A stretch of DNA of 64,000 nucleotides, taken from the NCBI GenBank assembly GCA_902777325.1, contig CACYTH010000009.1, forward strand, positions 24,819 through 88,818, written 5' to 3'. This document shows positions 36,215 through 46,160 of this stretch, one piece after another. Position 1 is the stretch's first letter; every line of letters begins with the position of its first letter. The notes beneath the pieces are model-generated. The model searched no databases. It saw only the letters and a list, made by a program, of their open reading frames with translations, and had not been told where the DNA came from. The stretch comes from an uncultured Coriobacteriaceae bacterium (GTDB taxonomy: Bacteria; Actinomycetota; Coriobacteriia; Coriobacteriales; Atopobiaceae). Position numbers and translations under genes: made by a program.

Positions 36215-36490
36215 ATGGCTAGACAGCAGAGGCAAGTTGAACAGCGCCAGCCGCGTCGCAAGTACTGCCAGTTCTGCAAGGAGAACGTCGAGTTCATCGA
36301 CTACAAGGACACGCAGCTCCTTCGCAAGTACATGACCGACCGTGGCAAGATCAAGCCCCGCCGCGTCACTGGCGCTTGCACGCAGCATCAGCATGACATC
36401 GCGCTCGCAATCAAGCGGGCTCGTGAGATGGCACTCGTCCCCTACACCGTCACCGTGGTTTCCAGCCGCGGCGGCCGCAGCCGCGGCTAA
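36215..36490 (+). CDS. rpsR: 30S ribosomal protein S18
   Basis: Motifs [36 protein letters not shown] and [20 protein letters not shown]. Confidence 0.93.
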   Translation: MARQQRQVEQRQPRRKYCQFCKENVEFIDYKDTQLLRKYMTDRGKIKPRRVTGACTQHQHDIALAIKRAREMALVPYTVTVVSSRGGRSRG

Positions 36491-36528
36491 GACGGACACG
36501 GGAAAGTGTCCTACCGTTGGGCGATGAC

Positions 36529-37563
36529 ATGAGCGACAGACGCCCAGTGGTACCCGAGGGCCTCGATCCAAACACGCGCCAGCTGGCGGTGCGCGAGGAG
36601 ATGCCTCAATCGGGTGAGAACGCCACACGCGGTCTTATCTTTGGGCTCGTTTGGTGTTCGGTTGGCAGCGCCCTTGTGCCTTTGGTACCCGTGATTACCT
36701 GCGTCATTGTGGCGTTTGGTGCAGCGGTGGCCATGAGCATGGGGGATCGCCGCGGGCAGGTGCTCGCGCTCATGGCCAGTCTTGTGGCTGGCTTGGGGGG
36801 CTCGCTCCTGCTCTTTGGGGTGCACGAGGTGCCCAACACAGAGCTCTCGATCATCTGCTCGTTTGCAGTGGCGTGGGCTGTGGTGTCGGGGCGCATGCAC
36901 ACCGGAGGCCTCGTAGCAGGGGCTGCGGCGACCGCCCTGGTGATGATCGGCATGGACTTCGTGTCGACGTCGCTTCAGGGCACCTCCATCAACGAGGTCA
37001 TCACGAGTGTGGTTGACCAGGCGGTGGAGGAGAGCATCGGCACGCTAGACCTCGATGGGGTCACAGCGGTGCTGGAGGCAAAGGAGTCGGTGGTCTCTAT
37101 GTGGCCCACCATTTACTTTGTCGTGGCTGCGGCCATGGTGGTCTGCTCATACCTTGGTGCCAGAAGCGGTGCCAGGAGAGCGGGCGGGCAGGTTGAGTCG
37201 GACGTTCTCGTCCGCTTTGACGTGCCACTGTGGGTAGCCGAGCTCTTTGCTCTGGGTGTTGCCGCACAACTGCTCGGACCTTATTTGCCTTCCTGGCAGA
37301 GGGAGGTCGCCACCATAGGGGCAAACGTGGTCATGTGCTGCCGTCTTGTCCTTGTGCAACAGGGTCTTTCCGTGTTGCAGTGGTGGATGCGCGAGCGTCG
37401 AGTACCAGTGTTCACGAGGGCTTTTTTGCTGCTCGCGGCATTGTGGCTCGAGATGTCATTCGCTCTGACGAGTATCGCGGGCATCCTGGACGTGATCTTC
37501 AACTTCCGCCACATCCCAAGGCGGAGGGCGCAGATCTCGTTTGGGTCCGCAAGAGAACGTTAG
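36529..37563 (+). CDS. polytopic membrane protein (YybS/DUF2232-like by position)
   Basis: Multi-TM ORF in the rpsR-rplI slot where Firmicutes encode yybS. The start is ambiguous (TTG 36517 or ATG 36529). The family call is positional inference. Confidence 0.5.
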   Translation: MSDRRPVVPEGLDPNTRQLAVREEMPQSGENATRGLIFGLVWCSVGSALVPLVPVITCVIVAFGAAVAMSMGDRRGQVLALMASLVAGLGGSLLLFGVHEVPNTELSIICSFAVAWAVVSGRMHTGGLVAGAAATALVMIGMDFVSTSLQGTSINEVITSVVDQAVEESIGTLDLDGVTAVLEAKESVVSMWPTIYFVVAAAMVVCSYLGARSGARRAGGQVESDVLVRFDVPLWVAELFALGVAAQLLGPYLPSWQREVATIGANVVMCCRLVLVQQGLSVLQWWMRERRVPVFTRAFLLLAALWLEMSFALTSIAGILDVIFNFRHIPRRRAQISFGSARER

Positions 37564-37600
37564 CAGTCGGCTGAGGCCGACCGAAGTGAGGAGTGTCCCA

Positions 37601-38131
37601 ATGAAAGTCATCCTTCTGGGTGAGCTCAGGGGCAAGGGCGGCGAGGGCGACATCGTTGAGGTCGCCCAGGGCTTTGCGGAGAACTTCCTGTTCCCCAATG
37701 GCATCGCCCAGCCCGCTACCCCGGGCAACATCAAGCAGCTGGAGGAGCGTCGTCATAACATCGCCAAGCGCGAGGAGAAGCGCATTGCCGATGCCGAGGC
37801 TCTGAAGGCACAGATTGACGGCAAGCAGGTTGTGGTCGACGCCAAGATCGGCGAGGAGGGCCAGCTCTTTGGTTCCGTGACCACCACCATGATCGCCGAC
37901 GCCATCGAGCAGCAGCTCGGCGTCGAGGTCGACCGCAAGCGCGTCGGCAAGGGCCAGACCATCAAGACCGCTGGTCTGCATCAGGTCGAGGTCAACATCT
38001 ACCGCGAGATCGGCGCCACGGTTGCCGTTCTGGTTGGCAAGCCCGTCGAGGCTGAGGTTGAGCCCGAGCCCGAGGTCGAGGAGGTTGCCGAGGTCGAGGA
38101 GACCGAGGAGGCCGCCGAGGCCGAGGAGTAA
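37601..38131 (+). CDS. rplI: 50S ribosomal protein L9 with acidic C-terminal extension
   Basis: MKVILLGELRGKGGEGDIVEVAQGFAENFLFPNG after a GTGAGGAG RBS. The tail is [27 protein letters not shown]. Confidence 0.9.
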   Translation: MKVILLGELRGKGGEGDIVEVAQGFAENFLFPNGIAQPATPGNIKQLEERRHNIAKREEKRIADAEALKAQIDGKQVVVDAKIGEEGQLFGSVTTTMIADAIEQQLGVEVDRKRVGKGQTIKTAGLHQVEVNIYREIGATVAVLVGKPVEAEVEPEPEVEEVAEVEETEEAAEAEE

Positions 38132-38237
38132 CGCCCCTGCGTAAGCAGGCGTTGCGCCCCCCCCTAATTAACAGGGGTTTTAAACAAAAGGTGCAGGTCA
38201 GCGTTGGTAAAAATCCGTCGCTGCCTCTGCGACCATA

Positions 38238-38292
38238 AGGGGAGATCTCTTACGGACAGGCGTTCGCCTGAGTGGAGATCTCCCCTCTTTTT
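38238..38292 (+). terminator. strong orphan rho-independent terminator in the rplI-dnaB spacer
   Basis: AGGGGAGATCTC-(25-nt insert with inner hairpin CAGGCgttcGCCTG)-GAGATCTCCCCT followed by CTTTTT. It lies ~100 nt after the rplI-proximal hairpin (CCCCTaattaacAGGGGTTTT near 38157-38181). Confidence 0.55.
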
Positions 38293-38474
38293 GTGCCAAT
38301 TGGGCAATCTACCTGCAGATATTGTGTAACGTCGCAGGTCAGATGGCTGTTTGGAGCTATGCTACCGTTCCGAGATTTGTTCATAGCGTGATGTCGATAA
38401 CCGTTCACAGAAAAAGTTGGCAAATTTGTTGAAAACGTCGAAAAGCTACGTTTCCCCCGCTCAGATGCAATCAG

Positions 38475-38496
38475 TATCAACAATTGCCTGTTGATA
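38475..38496. promoter_or_regulatory. inverted pair of DnaA-box-like sites upstream of dnaB
   Basis: TATCAACA-attgcc-TGTTGATA. A further TGTTGAAAA lies at 38427-38435. Confidence 0.35.
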
Positions 38497-38581
38497 GGGC
38501 CTGTCGCTCACCGCAGGTACTCCCTTTTTCCTTCCCGTTGGGGTAGTATTCGCACACCGACATTCAAAGGATAGAGGACCA

Positions 38582-40009
38582 ATGCCCCAGGACTATCAGC
38601 GTCGTGACGACCGCAGCTTCCCGCGCAACGAGGGAGGCCCCCTTGCCGCCATTCCTGGCGACGCCGTCATGCCGCATGACCTCGAGGCCGAGCGCTCGGT
38701 GCTCGCCGCCATGCTCCTCTCGCAGGACGTACTCAACGAGTGCATCTCCGCGGTCAAGGGCGACGACTTCTACCTCTACTCCCATCGCACCATCTATCAG
38801 GCGATGTGCACGATGTTCGACCGTGGCGTGCCGGTGGATCCCATCTCGCTTGCAGACCACCTCAAAAGCGACGGCACGCTGGATCGCGTCGGCGGCATGG
38901 AGTACCTGCTCGAGCTCAATGGCAACTCCTTTGCGCTGGCCAGCTGGCGGCACCATCTTGACATCATGCGCCGCCACGCCACGCTGCGCCAGATCATCGC
39001 GGCCTCCGCACGCATTACCTCCCTGGCGTTTGATGCTCCGGAGGACACCAAGGAGGTCGTGGACCGCGCCGAGTCGATGCTGCTCGAGGTCACTACGCGC
39101 GACATCGACAACAGCTTCCAGTCGCTCGAGCAGATCATGGGAGACCTGTACACCGAGCTGGGCGAGATGAGCGCAAACCCCGACGGCGTCGTGGGCGTGC
39201 GTACGGGTTACCCGGGCATCGACAACTACCTGCAAGGCCTCAGAGCTGGCCAGATGGTGGTCATCGGCGCCCGCCCCGGTGTCGGCAAGACCTCCTTTGC
39301 CCTCAACCTTGCCACCAACGCGGCGGCACACGGGGCATCGGTCGCGATGTTCTCCCTCGAGATGAGCAAGGTGGAGATCGCACAGCGTCTTCTCTCGGCT
39401 CAGGCCAAGATTCCCCTGACCTCCATCCGCAGTGCGCGCATCCAAGACAACCAGTGGCCCACCATCATGGAGGCCACGCGTGACCTGTCGCAGCTCGACA
39501 TCATGGTGGACGACACGCCGGGCACCACGGTGACGGAGATTCGCGCCAAGGCACGCCGCATGCTGCGTGACAAGCCAAATGGCTTGGTTGTCATCGACTA
39601 CCTGCAGCTCCTCTCGCCGCCTCCTGGGCAGCGTCGCTCGGACAGCCGTGCCACCGAGGTCTCCGAGATGAGCCGTGGTATCAAGATCATGGCCAAGGAC
39701 CTCGGCGTGCCCGTCATTGCCCTGTCGCAGCTCAACCGAGGCCTGGAGACGCGTACCGGCAAGTACGGCAAGCGCCCGCAGCTGTCGGACCTGCGCGAGT
39801 CGGGCTCCATCGAGCAGGACGCCGACATCGTCATCCTGCTCGACCGCTCGATGAACGAGGAGGAGGCCGAGCGCGAGGAGCGTCCGGACCTCGGCGTGAC
39901 GGAGTTCATCATCGCCAAGAACCGTTCCGGCCCGCTGGGCGTGGTCAAGCTCATGTTCCTGCCGGGCTCCACCAAGTTCGTCGAGGTGGACGTGCGCCAC
40001 GAGGAGTAG
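38582..40009 (+). CDS. dnaB: replicative DNA helicase DnaB
   Basis: Motifs PHDLEAERSVLAAML, Walker A GARPGVGKTSF, VIDYLQL, SRGIKIMAKDLGVPVIALSQLNR and IAKNRSGP. Confidence 0.95.
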   Translation: MPQDYQRRDDRSFPRNEGGPLAAIPGDAVMPHDLEAERSVLAAMLLSQDVLNECISAVKGDDFYLYSHRTIYQAMCTMFDRGVPVDPISLADHLKSDGTLDRVGGMEYLLELNGNSFALASWRHHLDIMRRHATLRQIIAASARITSLAFDAPEDTKEVVDRAESMLLEVTTRDIDNSFQSLEQIMGDLYTELGEMSANPDGVVGVRTGYPGIDNYLQGLRAGQMVVIGARPGVGKTSFALNLATNAAAHGASVAMFSLEMSKVEIAQRLLSAQAKIPLTSIRSARIQDNQWPTIMEATRDLSQLDIMVDDTPGTTVTEIRAKARRMLRDKPNGLVVIDYLQLLSPPPGQRRSDSRATEVSEMSRGIKIMAKDLGVPVIALSQLNRGLETRTGKYGKRPQLSDLRESGSIEQDADIVILLDRSMNEEEAEREERPDLGVTEFIIAKNRSGPLGVVKLMFLPGSTKFVEVDVRHEE

Positions 40010-40135
40010 CGCAGCTGCAAAACCATAATGAGTCTATGCACTTGATTTGCCGTGACACGATGCGCATGTGTCGTAGGTATACTTTTGTAGGCTACAGCGC
40101 GTGGCCCAATAGACTCACCAAGACAAGGAGACACA

Positions 40136-41416
40136 ATGCCTGCTTCAGTGCTTGTTGGAACCCAGTGGGGTGACGAAGGTAAGGGTAAGGTCACCGACCT
40201 CATCTCTGGCGACTTCGACGTGGTCTGCCGCTACGCCGGCGGCGCAAATGCCGGCCACACGGTCATCGCGGGCGACAAGAAGCTTGCCCTGCACCAGGTT
40301 CCGTCCGGCGTCATGTACGAGGGCACCTACCCCGTCATTGGCAACGGCTGCATCGTTGACCCCGAGATTCTCCTTTCCGAGATCGACATGCTCGAGGCCC
40401 AGGGCATCAGCTGCGACCGTCTGCGCATCTCCGGCAACGCTCACATCGTCATGCCGTATCACAAGGACCTCGACGGTGCGCACGAGAAGAAGCTCGGCAA
40501 GAACCTCATCGGCACCACCAAGCGCGGCGTTGGCCCCACCTACATGGACAAGATGAACCGCACTGGCCTGCGCATCCAGGACATGCTGGAGGAGAAGATC
40601 TTCCGCACCAAGCTCGAGGCCGCGCTTGCCTACACCAACCCCATCCTGGAGAAGGTCTACGAGATGCCCACCTACACCGTGGAGCAGATCTGCGAGACCT
40701 ACCTGCCGATGGCGGCGCGCATCCGTCCCTATATCGTGGAGAGCTCGCTGTTCCTCAACGAGCAGATCGAGCAGGGCAAGAACATCCTGTTCGAGGGTGC
40801 CCAGGCCACGATGCTCGACATCGACCACGGCACCTACCCGTTTGTGACCAGCTCCAACTGCACCGCCGGCGGCGCCGTCACCGGCTCTGGCGTGGGCCCC
40901 GTGCACATCAAGCGCGTCCTGGGCATCGCCAAGGCCTACCTCACGCGCGTCGGCTCCGGTCCCTTCCCCACGGAGCTCTTTGACGAGACGGGCGACCTTC
41001 TCGGCGAGGTGGGCCACGAGTATGGTGTGACCACCGGTCGCAAGCGTCGCTGCGGCTGGTACGACGCCGTGGTCGTCAACTATGCTGCCCGCGTCAACGG
41101 CCTGACCGACCTCGCGATCACCAAGCTCGACGTGCTTGGTTGCCTCGACGAGATCAAGGTCTGCGTCGCCTACGAGTGCGACGGCAAGGTGTACAAGACC
41201 GTCCCCGAGCACCAGAGCGTCTTCTACCATGCCAAGCCCGTCTACGAGACCCTGCCTGGCTGGAAGTGCGACATCTCCGGTGTGCGCAACTTCTACCAGC
41301 TGCCGCGCGAGGCCAAGGACTACATCGACTTCCTCGAGCAGCTCGCCGGCGTGCGCGTGAGCATCATCACCGTCGGTCCCGACCGCGAGCAGACCATCGA
41401 TCGCTACTGGCACTAA
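40136..41416 (+). CDS. purA: adenylosuccinate synthase
   Basis: Motifs GTQWGDEGKGK, GGANAGHT, GTTKRGVGPTY and TTGRKRRCGW. Confidence 0.95.
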   Translation: MPASVLVGTQWGDEGKGKVTDLISGDFDVVCRYAGGANAGHTVIAGDKKLALHQVPSGVMYEGTYPVIGNGCIVDPEILLSEIDMLEAQGISCDRLRISGNAHIVMPYHKDLDGAHEKKLGKNLIGTTKRGVGPTYMDKMNRTGLRIQDMLEEKIFRTKLEAALAYTNPILEKVYEMPTYTVEQICETYLPMAARIRPYIVESSLFLNEQIEQGKNILFEGAQATMLDIDHGTYPFVTSSNCTAGGAVTGSGVGPVHIKRVLGIAKAYLTRVGSGPFPTELFDETGDLLGEVGHEYGVTTGRKRRCGWYDAVVVNYAARVNGLTDLAITKLDVLGCLDEIKVCVAYECDGKVYKTVPEHQSVFYHAKPVYETLPGWKCDISGVRNFYQLPREAKDYIDFLEQLAGVRVSIITVGPDREQTIDRYWH

Positions 41417-41437
41417 GCGCATATCACAGCAACTTGG

Positions 41438-41477
41438 GCAGCCCCTCCACGAGCAAACGCGGAGGGGCTGCTTTCTT
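41438..41477 (+). terminator. rho-independent terminator after purA
   Basis: GCAGCCCCTCC-acgagcaaacgc-GGAGGGGCTGC followed by TTTCTT. Confidence 0.7.
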
Positions 41478-41646
41478 GGGTCGGTCGGGTGGGATACCGC
41501 AGTTTCCTGCGTGGGTCAGCGCAAACGGCGGCAAGGCTATATACCAACCTGATGAAACAACAGCCCCTGAGCGCGAAGGCCTCGAGCTGCAGACTTATAC
41601 TTGCCCTGCTGGCACGTAATCCAACTGCATGTTGAGGAGACCCATC

Positions 41647-42936
41647 ATGACAAATACGATTGACATCCTGCTGCTTGGCGCAGGCGGTCGCGAGCATGCC
41701 CTGCTCATGAAGCTGGCCGAGTCCGAGCGCGCGGGCAAGCTGTATGTGGCGCCGGGCAATGGCGGCATGCTGCAGATTGCCGACGCTGCACCCGTCAACC
41801 AGGACAATCCCGCCGAGGTTGCCGCATGGGCCAAGGACAACGGCATCGGCCTTGTGGTCATCGGGCCCGAGGCCCCGCTGGTGGAGGGTGTGGCGGACGC
41901 CGTGCGCGCGGCTGGCATCGCCTGCTTTGGTCCCAACGCCCAGGCAGCCCAGATGGAGGGCTCCAAGGAGTTTGCCAAGCAGGTCATGGACCGTGCGGGC
42001 GTTCCGACGGCCGCCTATCGCAGCTTTACCGAGGAGGACACCTGCGCGGACTACGTGCGTGAGCTTGGTGGCCCCATCGTCATCAAGGCTGATGGCCTGG
42101 CGGCGGGCAAGGGCGTCATCGTCGCCCAGACCACCGAGGAGGCCCTGGCAGGCGTGCACGAGTGCTTTACGGCCTTTGGCGATGCGGGCAACACCGTCAT
42201 CGTCGAGGAGATGCTCGAGGGCCCCGAGTGCAGCCTGCTCGCGCTGACCGATGGCACGACCGTGGTGCCCCTGGCCACCTCGCAGGACCACAAGCGCGCC
42301 TACGATGGCGACAAGGGCCCCAACACTGGCGGCATGGGCGTCTACAGCCCCGTGCCCATCCTGCTTGACGGCGAGCTCGAGCGCATGATCGAGATCGAGC
42401 AGAAGGTCGTCGACCAGCTGCGTGCCGACGGCATCACCTACAGCGGCTGCCTCTATGGCGGTTTCATGCTCACCAAGGACGGCCCCAAGGTGCTCGAGTT
42501 CAACGCGCGCTTTGGCGACCCGGAGACCCAGGTGGTCCTACCGCGCATGAAGGGCGACCTCGTGGAGGCCTTCCTGGCCTGCGACAACGGCACCCTGAGC
42601 GCGGACATGGTCAACTGGGGCGACGACTGGGCGGTCTCGGTCGTGCTCGCCAGTGCCGGCTATCCGGGCAGCTACGAGAAGGGCAAGGTCATCCACGGTA
42701 TCGACGAGGCCGAGGCACGCGAGGGCGTGACCGTCTACCATGCGGGCACGGCGCTCGACGAGTACGGCAAGATCGTGACCTCCGGCGGCCGCGTGCTCGA
42801 CGTGACGGCAGTCGCTCCCACCTTTGAGCAGGCCCGCGCCAACGCGTATGCGGCCTGCGACCTGATCGACTTTGATGGCAAGCAGTTCCGCACCGACATC
42901 GGCCTGAAGGCGATTCTCGGGCGCGAGAACCTCTAG
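41647..42936 (+). CDS. purD: phosphoribosylamine--glycine ligase
   Basis: Motifs ILLLGAGGREHAL, GPEAPLV, IKADGLAAGKGV, DHKRAYDGDKGPNTGGMG and RFGDPETQ. ATG 41647 follows a GAGGAG RBS. Confidence 0.93.
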   Translation: MTNTIDILLLGAGGREHALLMKLAESERAGKLYVAPGNGGMLQIADAAPVNQDNPAEVAAWAKDNGIGLVVIGPEAPLVEGVADAVRAAGIACFGPNAQAAQMEGSKEFAKQVMDRAGVPTAAYRSFTEEDTCADYVRELGGPIVIKADGLAAGKGVIVAQTTEEALAGVHECFTAFGDAGNTVIVEEMLEGPECSLLALTDGTTVVPLATSQDHKRAYDGDKGPNTGGMGVYSPVPILLDGELERMIEIEQKVVDQLRADGITYSGCLYGGFMLTKDGPKVLEFNARFGDPETQVVLPRMKGDLVEAFLACDNGTLSADMVNWGDDWAVSVVLASAGYPGSYEKGKVIHGIDEAEAREGVTVYHAGTALDEYGKIVTSGGRVLDVTAVAPTFEQARANAYAACDLIDFDGKQFRTDIGLKAILGRENL

Positions 42937-42948
42937 GGAGCGCGTTAC

Positions 42949-43698
42949 ATGAGCGAGATTGATGATGTGAACATCGACGCCGAGCCCATTGACGTGGGCG
43001 AGGAGCTCGATGGGGCCATCGGGGACATGAGCGAGGCCGTGCAGGCCTATACCTTTGACGGCGACCGAAGCGATGCTGCGGGGCACCATGCCTCCGGCGA
43101 GCCGGTCCGTCGCGGCTTGGTGCTGGGCGAGGAGGATCCTCGCGACATCGACCTGCACGAGAATCCCCACACCGAGGACACCATGTGGCGAGGGCAGATC
43201 TTTGACGTCAACCGTCTGAGCGTCGAGCTGCCCGATGGCCGCATGGCGCTGCGCGACGTGGTGCGCCATCCTGGTGCGGTGGCAATCGTGGCTCTTACCG
43301 ACGACGGTCGCATCTGCCTTGTTCGCCAGTACCGCACGGCCCTTGGGCGCGTGACGGTTGAGATTCCCGCCGGCAAGCTCGACCCGGGCGAGGATCCGCT
43401 CGAGTGCGCAAGCCGCGAGCTTCTCGAGGAGACCGGCATGCGCGCCGAGCACATGGCGTTTCTCACCACGATCGCCACGGGCGTGGGCTTCTGCGACGAG
43501 CTCATCCACATGTACATGGCAACGGGCCTGAGCTTTGCGGCGTCCGACCCCGACGCGGACGAGTTCATCAACGTCGACCTGGTGCCGCTGGGCGAGCTGA
43601 TCGATGCGGTGCTGGACGGGCGCATCGAGGACTGCAAGACCGTGACCGGTGCCCTTATCTGCGACGCCGTCTCGCACCGCCTGCAGATGGAGGAGTAG
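42949..43698 (+). CDS. NUDIX hydrolase (ADP-ribose pyrophosphatase-like) with acidic N-terminal extension
   Basis: Nudix box GKLDPGEDPLECASRELLEETG, preceded by VRQYR. Confidence 0.8.
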   Translation: MSEIDDVNIDAEPIDVGEELDGAIGDMSEAVQAYTFDGDRSDAAGHHASGEPVRRGLVLGEEDPRDIDLHENPHTEDTMWRGQIFDVNRLSVELPDGRMALRDVVRHPGAVAIVALTDDGRICLVRQYRTALGRVTVEIPAGKLDPGEDPLECASRELLEETGMRAEHMAFLTTIATGVGFCDELIHMYMATGLSFAASDPDADEFINVDLVPLGELIDAVLDGRIEDCKTVTGALICDAVSHRLQMEE

Positions 43699-43732
43699 CC
43701 TCCAACCGCGAGCCTACGCAAACGCAAGCTGT

Positions 43733-43771
43733 GGCCTCCCAGCCCCTCTGGGGATCTGGGAGGCCGTTTTT
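43733..43771 (+). terminator. rho-independent terminator after the NUDIX gene
   Basis: GGCCTCCCAG-cccctctggggat-CTGGGAGGCC followed by GTTTTT. Confidence 0.7.
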
Positions 43772-43926
43772 GTGGCGGCAGGGCCTGCACGGGCGCCCAA
43801 TTGCGGCCAACTCGCGCGAAACTGGTTAGGAATGCTGCTCTTACGGTGCAGCCGATGCATATGCGCCTATACTTACACCTACGCGTTATGCGACGTGCAC
43901 TATCGGTTTGACGGAAAAGAGAGCGC

Positions 43927-44973
43927 ATGGCCAGAACTACAGAGGTCACTCGCACCACACGTGGCGCGCTTTCGGGCGACGAGGCCGAGGAGCTCTTTAC
44001 CGTTGTCGACGAAACCGGTCACACCAACGAGGAGCGGGCAAGAAAGCAGCATCTGCGCCGCCGCGAGGTGGGCACGAGCGTTGACGTCGACCCTCTGGCA
44101 GGCGAGGACCCGTCTGGCGCCGACACCGACCGCCTCATCACGCGATCAGCGGTCATCTTTGTCACGGTATTTCTGGCAGCGGTCGTGCTTCTGCAGGTTG
44201 GCTGGGGCTACGTGCGCCGCGTCACCACGTCCACGCTCGCCGAGGACGCCAGCATGCGCTCGGTGGTGTCCGCCCTTACCATGGGTGTCGAGTGGGGCGG
44301 CGGCTTTACGCAGTTCCCCTCTGAGTTCACGGTGCAGGAGGCCGACGAGAACACCCATCGCATCGAGGTGACGGTTACCGACACGTCGTCGACGAGCGAG
44401 CTCGAGACCTTTGCCACCGCGCAGGTGCAGGCGTCGGCACTCTCGGTAAACGCGCTGCTCAACCCCAACATCGATACCGTCATCTATCACGTGCGAGTGC
44501 GTTGCGACGAGGACGGCCATTATCAGAAGACGCGCTTCTTTGGGTTCTTGAGGCCCACGGGCACGCCGACGCCCTTCATCACGTACGTGTGGACCAAGAG
44601 CGACACCGAGGAAGGCGTGCGCTTCGACTGCGCCATCACGGGAATGGACACCAAGACGCAGACGCGCCTGCATGACGCGATTACCTCAAAGTCCACGCCT
44701 GCCACCATCATCAACTACGTTATCGGCGATAACGGCGAGCAGGTGGCAAAGAACGTGCTGTCGGCTGCGCAGGATGCCGACGCCGCTGCCGATGCCGCCC
44801 AGCAGCTGATCGACGAAGCCGAACGCAAGAAGGCCGAGCAGGAGGCTGCCGAGGCAGCGGCTGCAGCAGAGGCCGCGGAGGCCGAGAAGGCGGCAGAGGA
44901 TGCCGCAGCGGAGAATGACGCCCAGGCCACGGACGCCCTGTCTGAGATCGAAGCCACAGAGTCTGGCAACTAG
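43927..44973 (+). CDS. hypothetical membrane-anchored protein with Ala/Glu-rich C-terminal tail
   Basis: 348 aa with one TM helix (AVIFVTVFLAAVVLLQV). The C-terminus AERKKAEQEAAEAAAAAEAAEAEKAAEDAAAE looks like a coiled coil. No family recognised. Confidence 0.55.
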   Translation: MARTTEVTRTTRGALSGDEAEELFTVVDETGHTNEERARKQHLRRREVGTSVDVDPLAGEDPSGADTDRLITRSAVIFVTVFLAAVVLLQVGWGYVRRVTTSTLAEDASMRSVVSALTMGVEWGGGFTQFPSEFTVQEADENTHRIEVTVTDTSSTSELETFATAQVQASALSVNALLNPNIDTVIYHVRVRCDEDGHYQKTRFFGFLRPTGTPTPFITYVWTKSDTEEGVRFDCAITGMDTKTQTRLHDAITSKSTPATIINYVIGDNGEQVAKNVLSAAQDADAAADAAQQLIDEAERKKAEQEAAEAAAAAEAAEAEKAAEDAAAENDAQATDALSEIEATESGN

Positions 44974-44994
44974 GGCAAAGAGCCACAGAGACAG

Positions 44995-45036
44995 GTCCGC
45001 CCCAGGCATCGGAAGACGCCTGGGGCGGACTTTCTT
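44995..45036. terminator. bidirectional terminator between convergent genes
   Basis: GTCCGCCCCAGGC-atcggaagac-GCCTGGGGCGGAC followed by TTTCTT. Confidence 0.7.
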
Positions 45037-45050
45037 ATTGGGGTATGTCT

Positions 45051-45929
45051 TTATGCGAGCAGCGCGGCAACCTTGCCCAGCTCGGACTCGAAGCTCACGC
45101 CACGCACCTCAAAGTCGGGCTGGAGGCGCGTGATGCGCATGGCGTCGCGCACGAAGGAGCCGGCGAACTCCACGGCGTCGTGCATCGAGCGGCCTGCCAT
45201 GATGGCAGCCAGAAGCGAGCTGGCATACAGGTCGCCAGTGCCATGGAGCATGTAGGGCAGAAGCTCGCTGGTCTGCTCCTCAAATGCCAGGTCGGCCCCC
45301 ACGACGTAGTTGCGGATGATCTTCTCGCCCTCATGCACCACGCCCTTGAGCACGACGGTCTTCGCGCCCTGCTCGAGCAGCGCATCGGTGACGCGGCGCA
45401 CGTAGGCCTCGTCCACGTCCTGCCCCTCGTAGGCGATGCCCGTGAGGATGGAGGCCTCGGTGAGGTTGGGGGTGAGGACGTCGGCACCGTTGACCAGCTC
45501 GCCCATGGCCTCGCAGAGCTCGTCGGTGTAGGTCTGGTACTTCTGGCCGCCGTCGCCCATCACGGGATCGACGATGCGAAGCGCCTTGGGATGCTCCCGA
45601 TACAGGCGCTTGATGGCACCTACCTGCTCGGCTGCGCCGAGAAAGCCGGAGTAGATGGCATCGAGCTCGATGCCCTCGGCGACCCAGGCATCTAGGTACG
45701 GTGCGAGCATGTCGGTGGTGTCGTGCATGTGAAAGACAGGGAAGCGCGTGTGTGCCGAGAACAGCGAGGTGGGAACGGGGCAGACGTCGCAGCCTGCGGC
45801 GGAGAGAACGGGGATTGCCACGCCGAGCGAGCACTTGCCGTAGCCGCAGAGGTCGTGAACGGCAGCGATGCGCGGGATGTAGGCGTCCTTGCGCTGATAG
45901 AGATACAGGTCCTTGGCATAGGTGGTCAT
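45051..45929 (-). CDS. pdxK: pyridoxal/pyridoxamine kinase family protein
   Basis: 292 aa from ATG 45929 (AAGGGAG RBS). Ribokinase-like motifs IAAVHDLCGYGKCSL, DAIYSGFLG, VDPVMGDGG, LTPNLTEA and GTGDLYAS. Confidence 0.7.
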   Translation of the reverse strand: MTTYAKDLYLYQRKDAYIPRIAAVHDLCGYGKCSLGVAIPVLSAAGCDVCPVPTSLFSAHTRFPVFHMHDTTDMLAPYLDAWVAEGIELDAIYSGFLGAAEQVGAIKRLYREHPKALRIVDPVMGDGGQKYQTYTDELCEAMGELVNGADVLTPNLTEASILTGIAYEGQDVDEAYVRRVTDALLEQGAKTVVLKGVVHEGEKIIRNYVVGADLAFEEQTSELLPYMLHGTGDLYASSLLAAIMAGRSMHDAVEFAGSFVRDAMRITRLQPDFEVRGVSFESELGKVAALLA

Positions 45930-46105
45930 GTCTGACTCCCTTCTTGTCGTGCAGGGATGGCGGACCCCTGCTGCGCATGATTCTAGACTGCCCGTAGTGC
46001 AATATGCGATATGAAACAAAACGGAAATACAGAATATATAGCTAGGTTCCTGCGAGTTAATCAAATGGTAATAAAGTGCGTTAGCAGCCAAGAGCATCGT
46101 TCAAC

Positions 46106-46137
46106 AAAAAGCAGGGGCGTCGCGAAAGCGCCCCTGC
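46106..46137 (-). terminator. rho-independent terminator after lemA
   Basis: On the minus strand: GCAGGGGCGC-tttcgcg-ACGCCCCTGC followed by TTTTT. Confidence 0.7.
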
Positions 46138-46160
46138 CTGCAAGTGCGTGTTGTGGAGCT

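Noticed and set aside
38564-40000. 478-aa minus-strand ORF
   Set aside because: Antisense shadow of dnaB.
40145-41422. 425-aa minus-strand ORF
   Set aside because: Antisense shadow of purA.
41478-41646. Possible ZTP/purine riboswitch upstream of purD
   Set aside because: I could not find the conserved ZTP pseudoknot core (for example CCGCCUGGGC) or a purine-riboswitch three-way junction by eye. It should be left to an Infernal scan.
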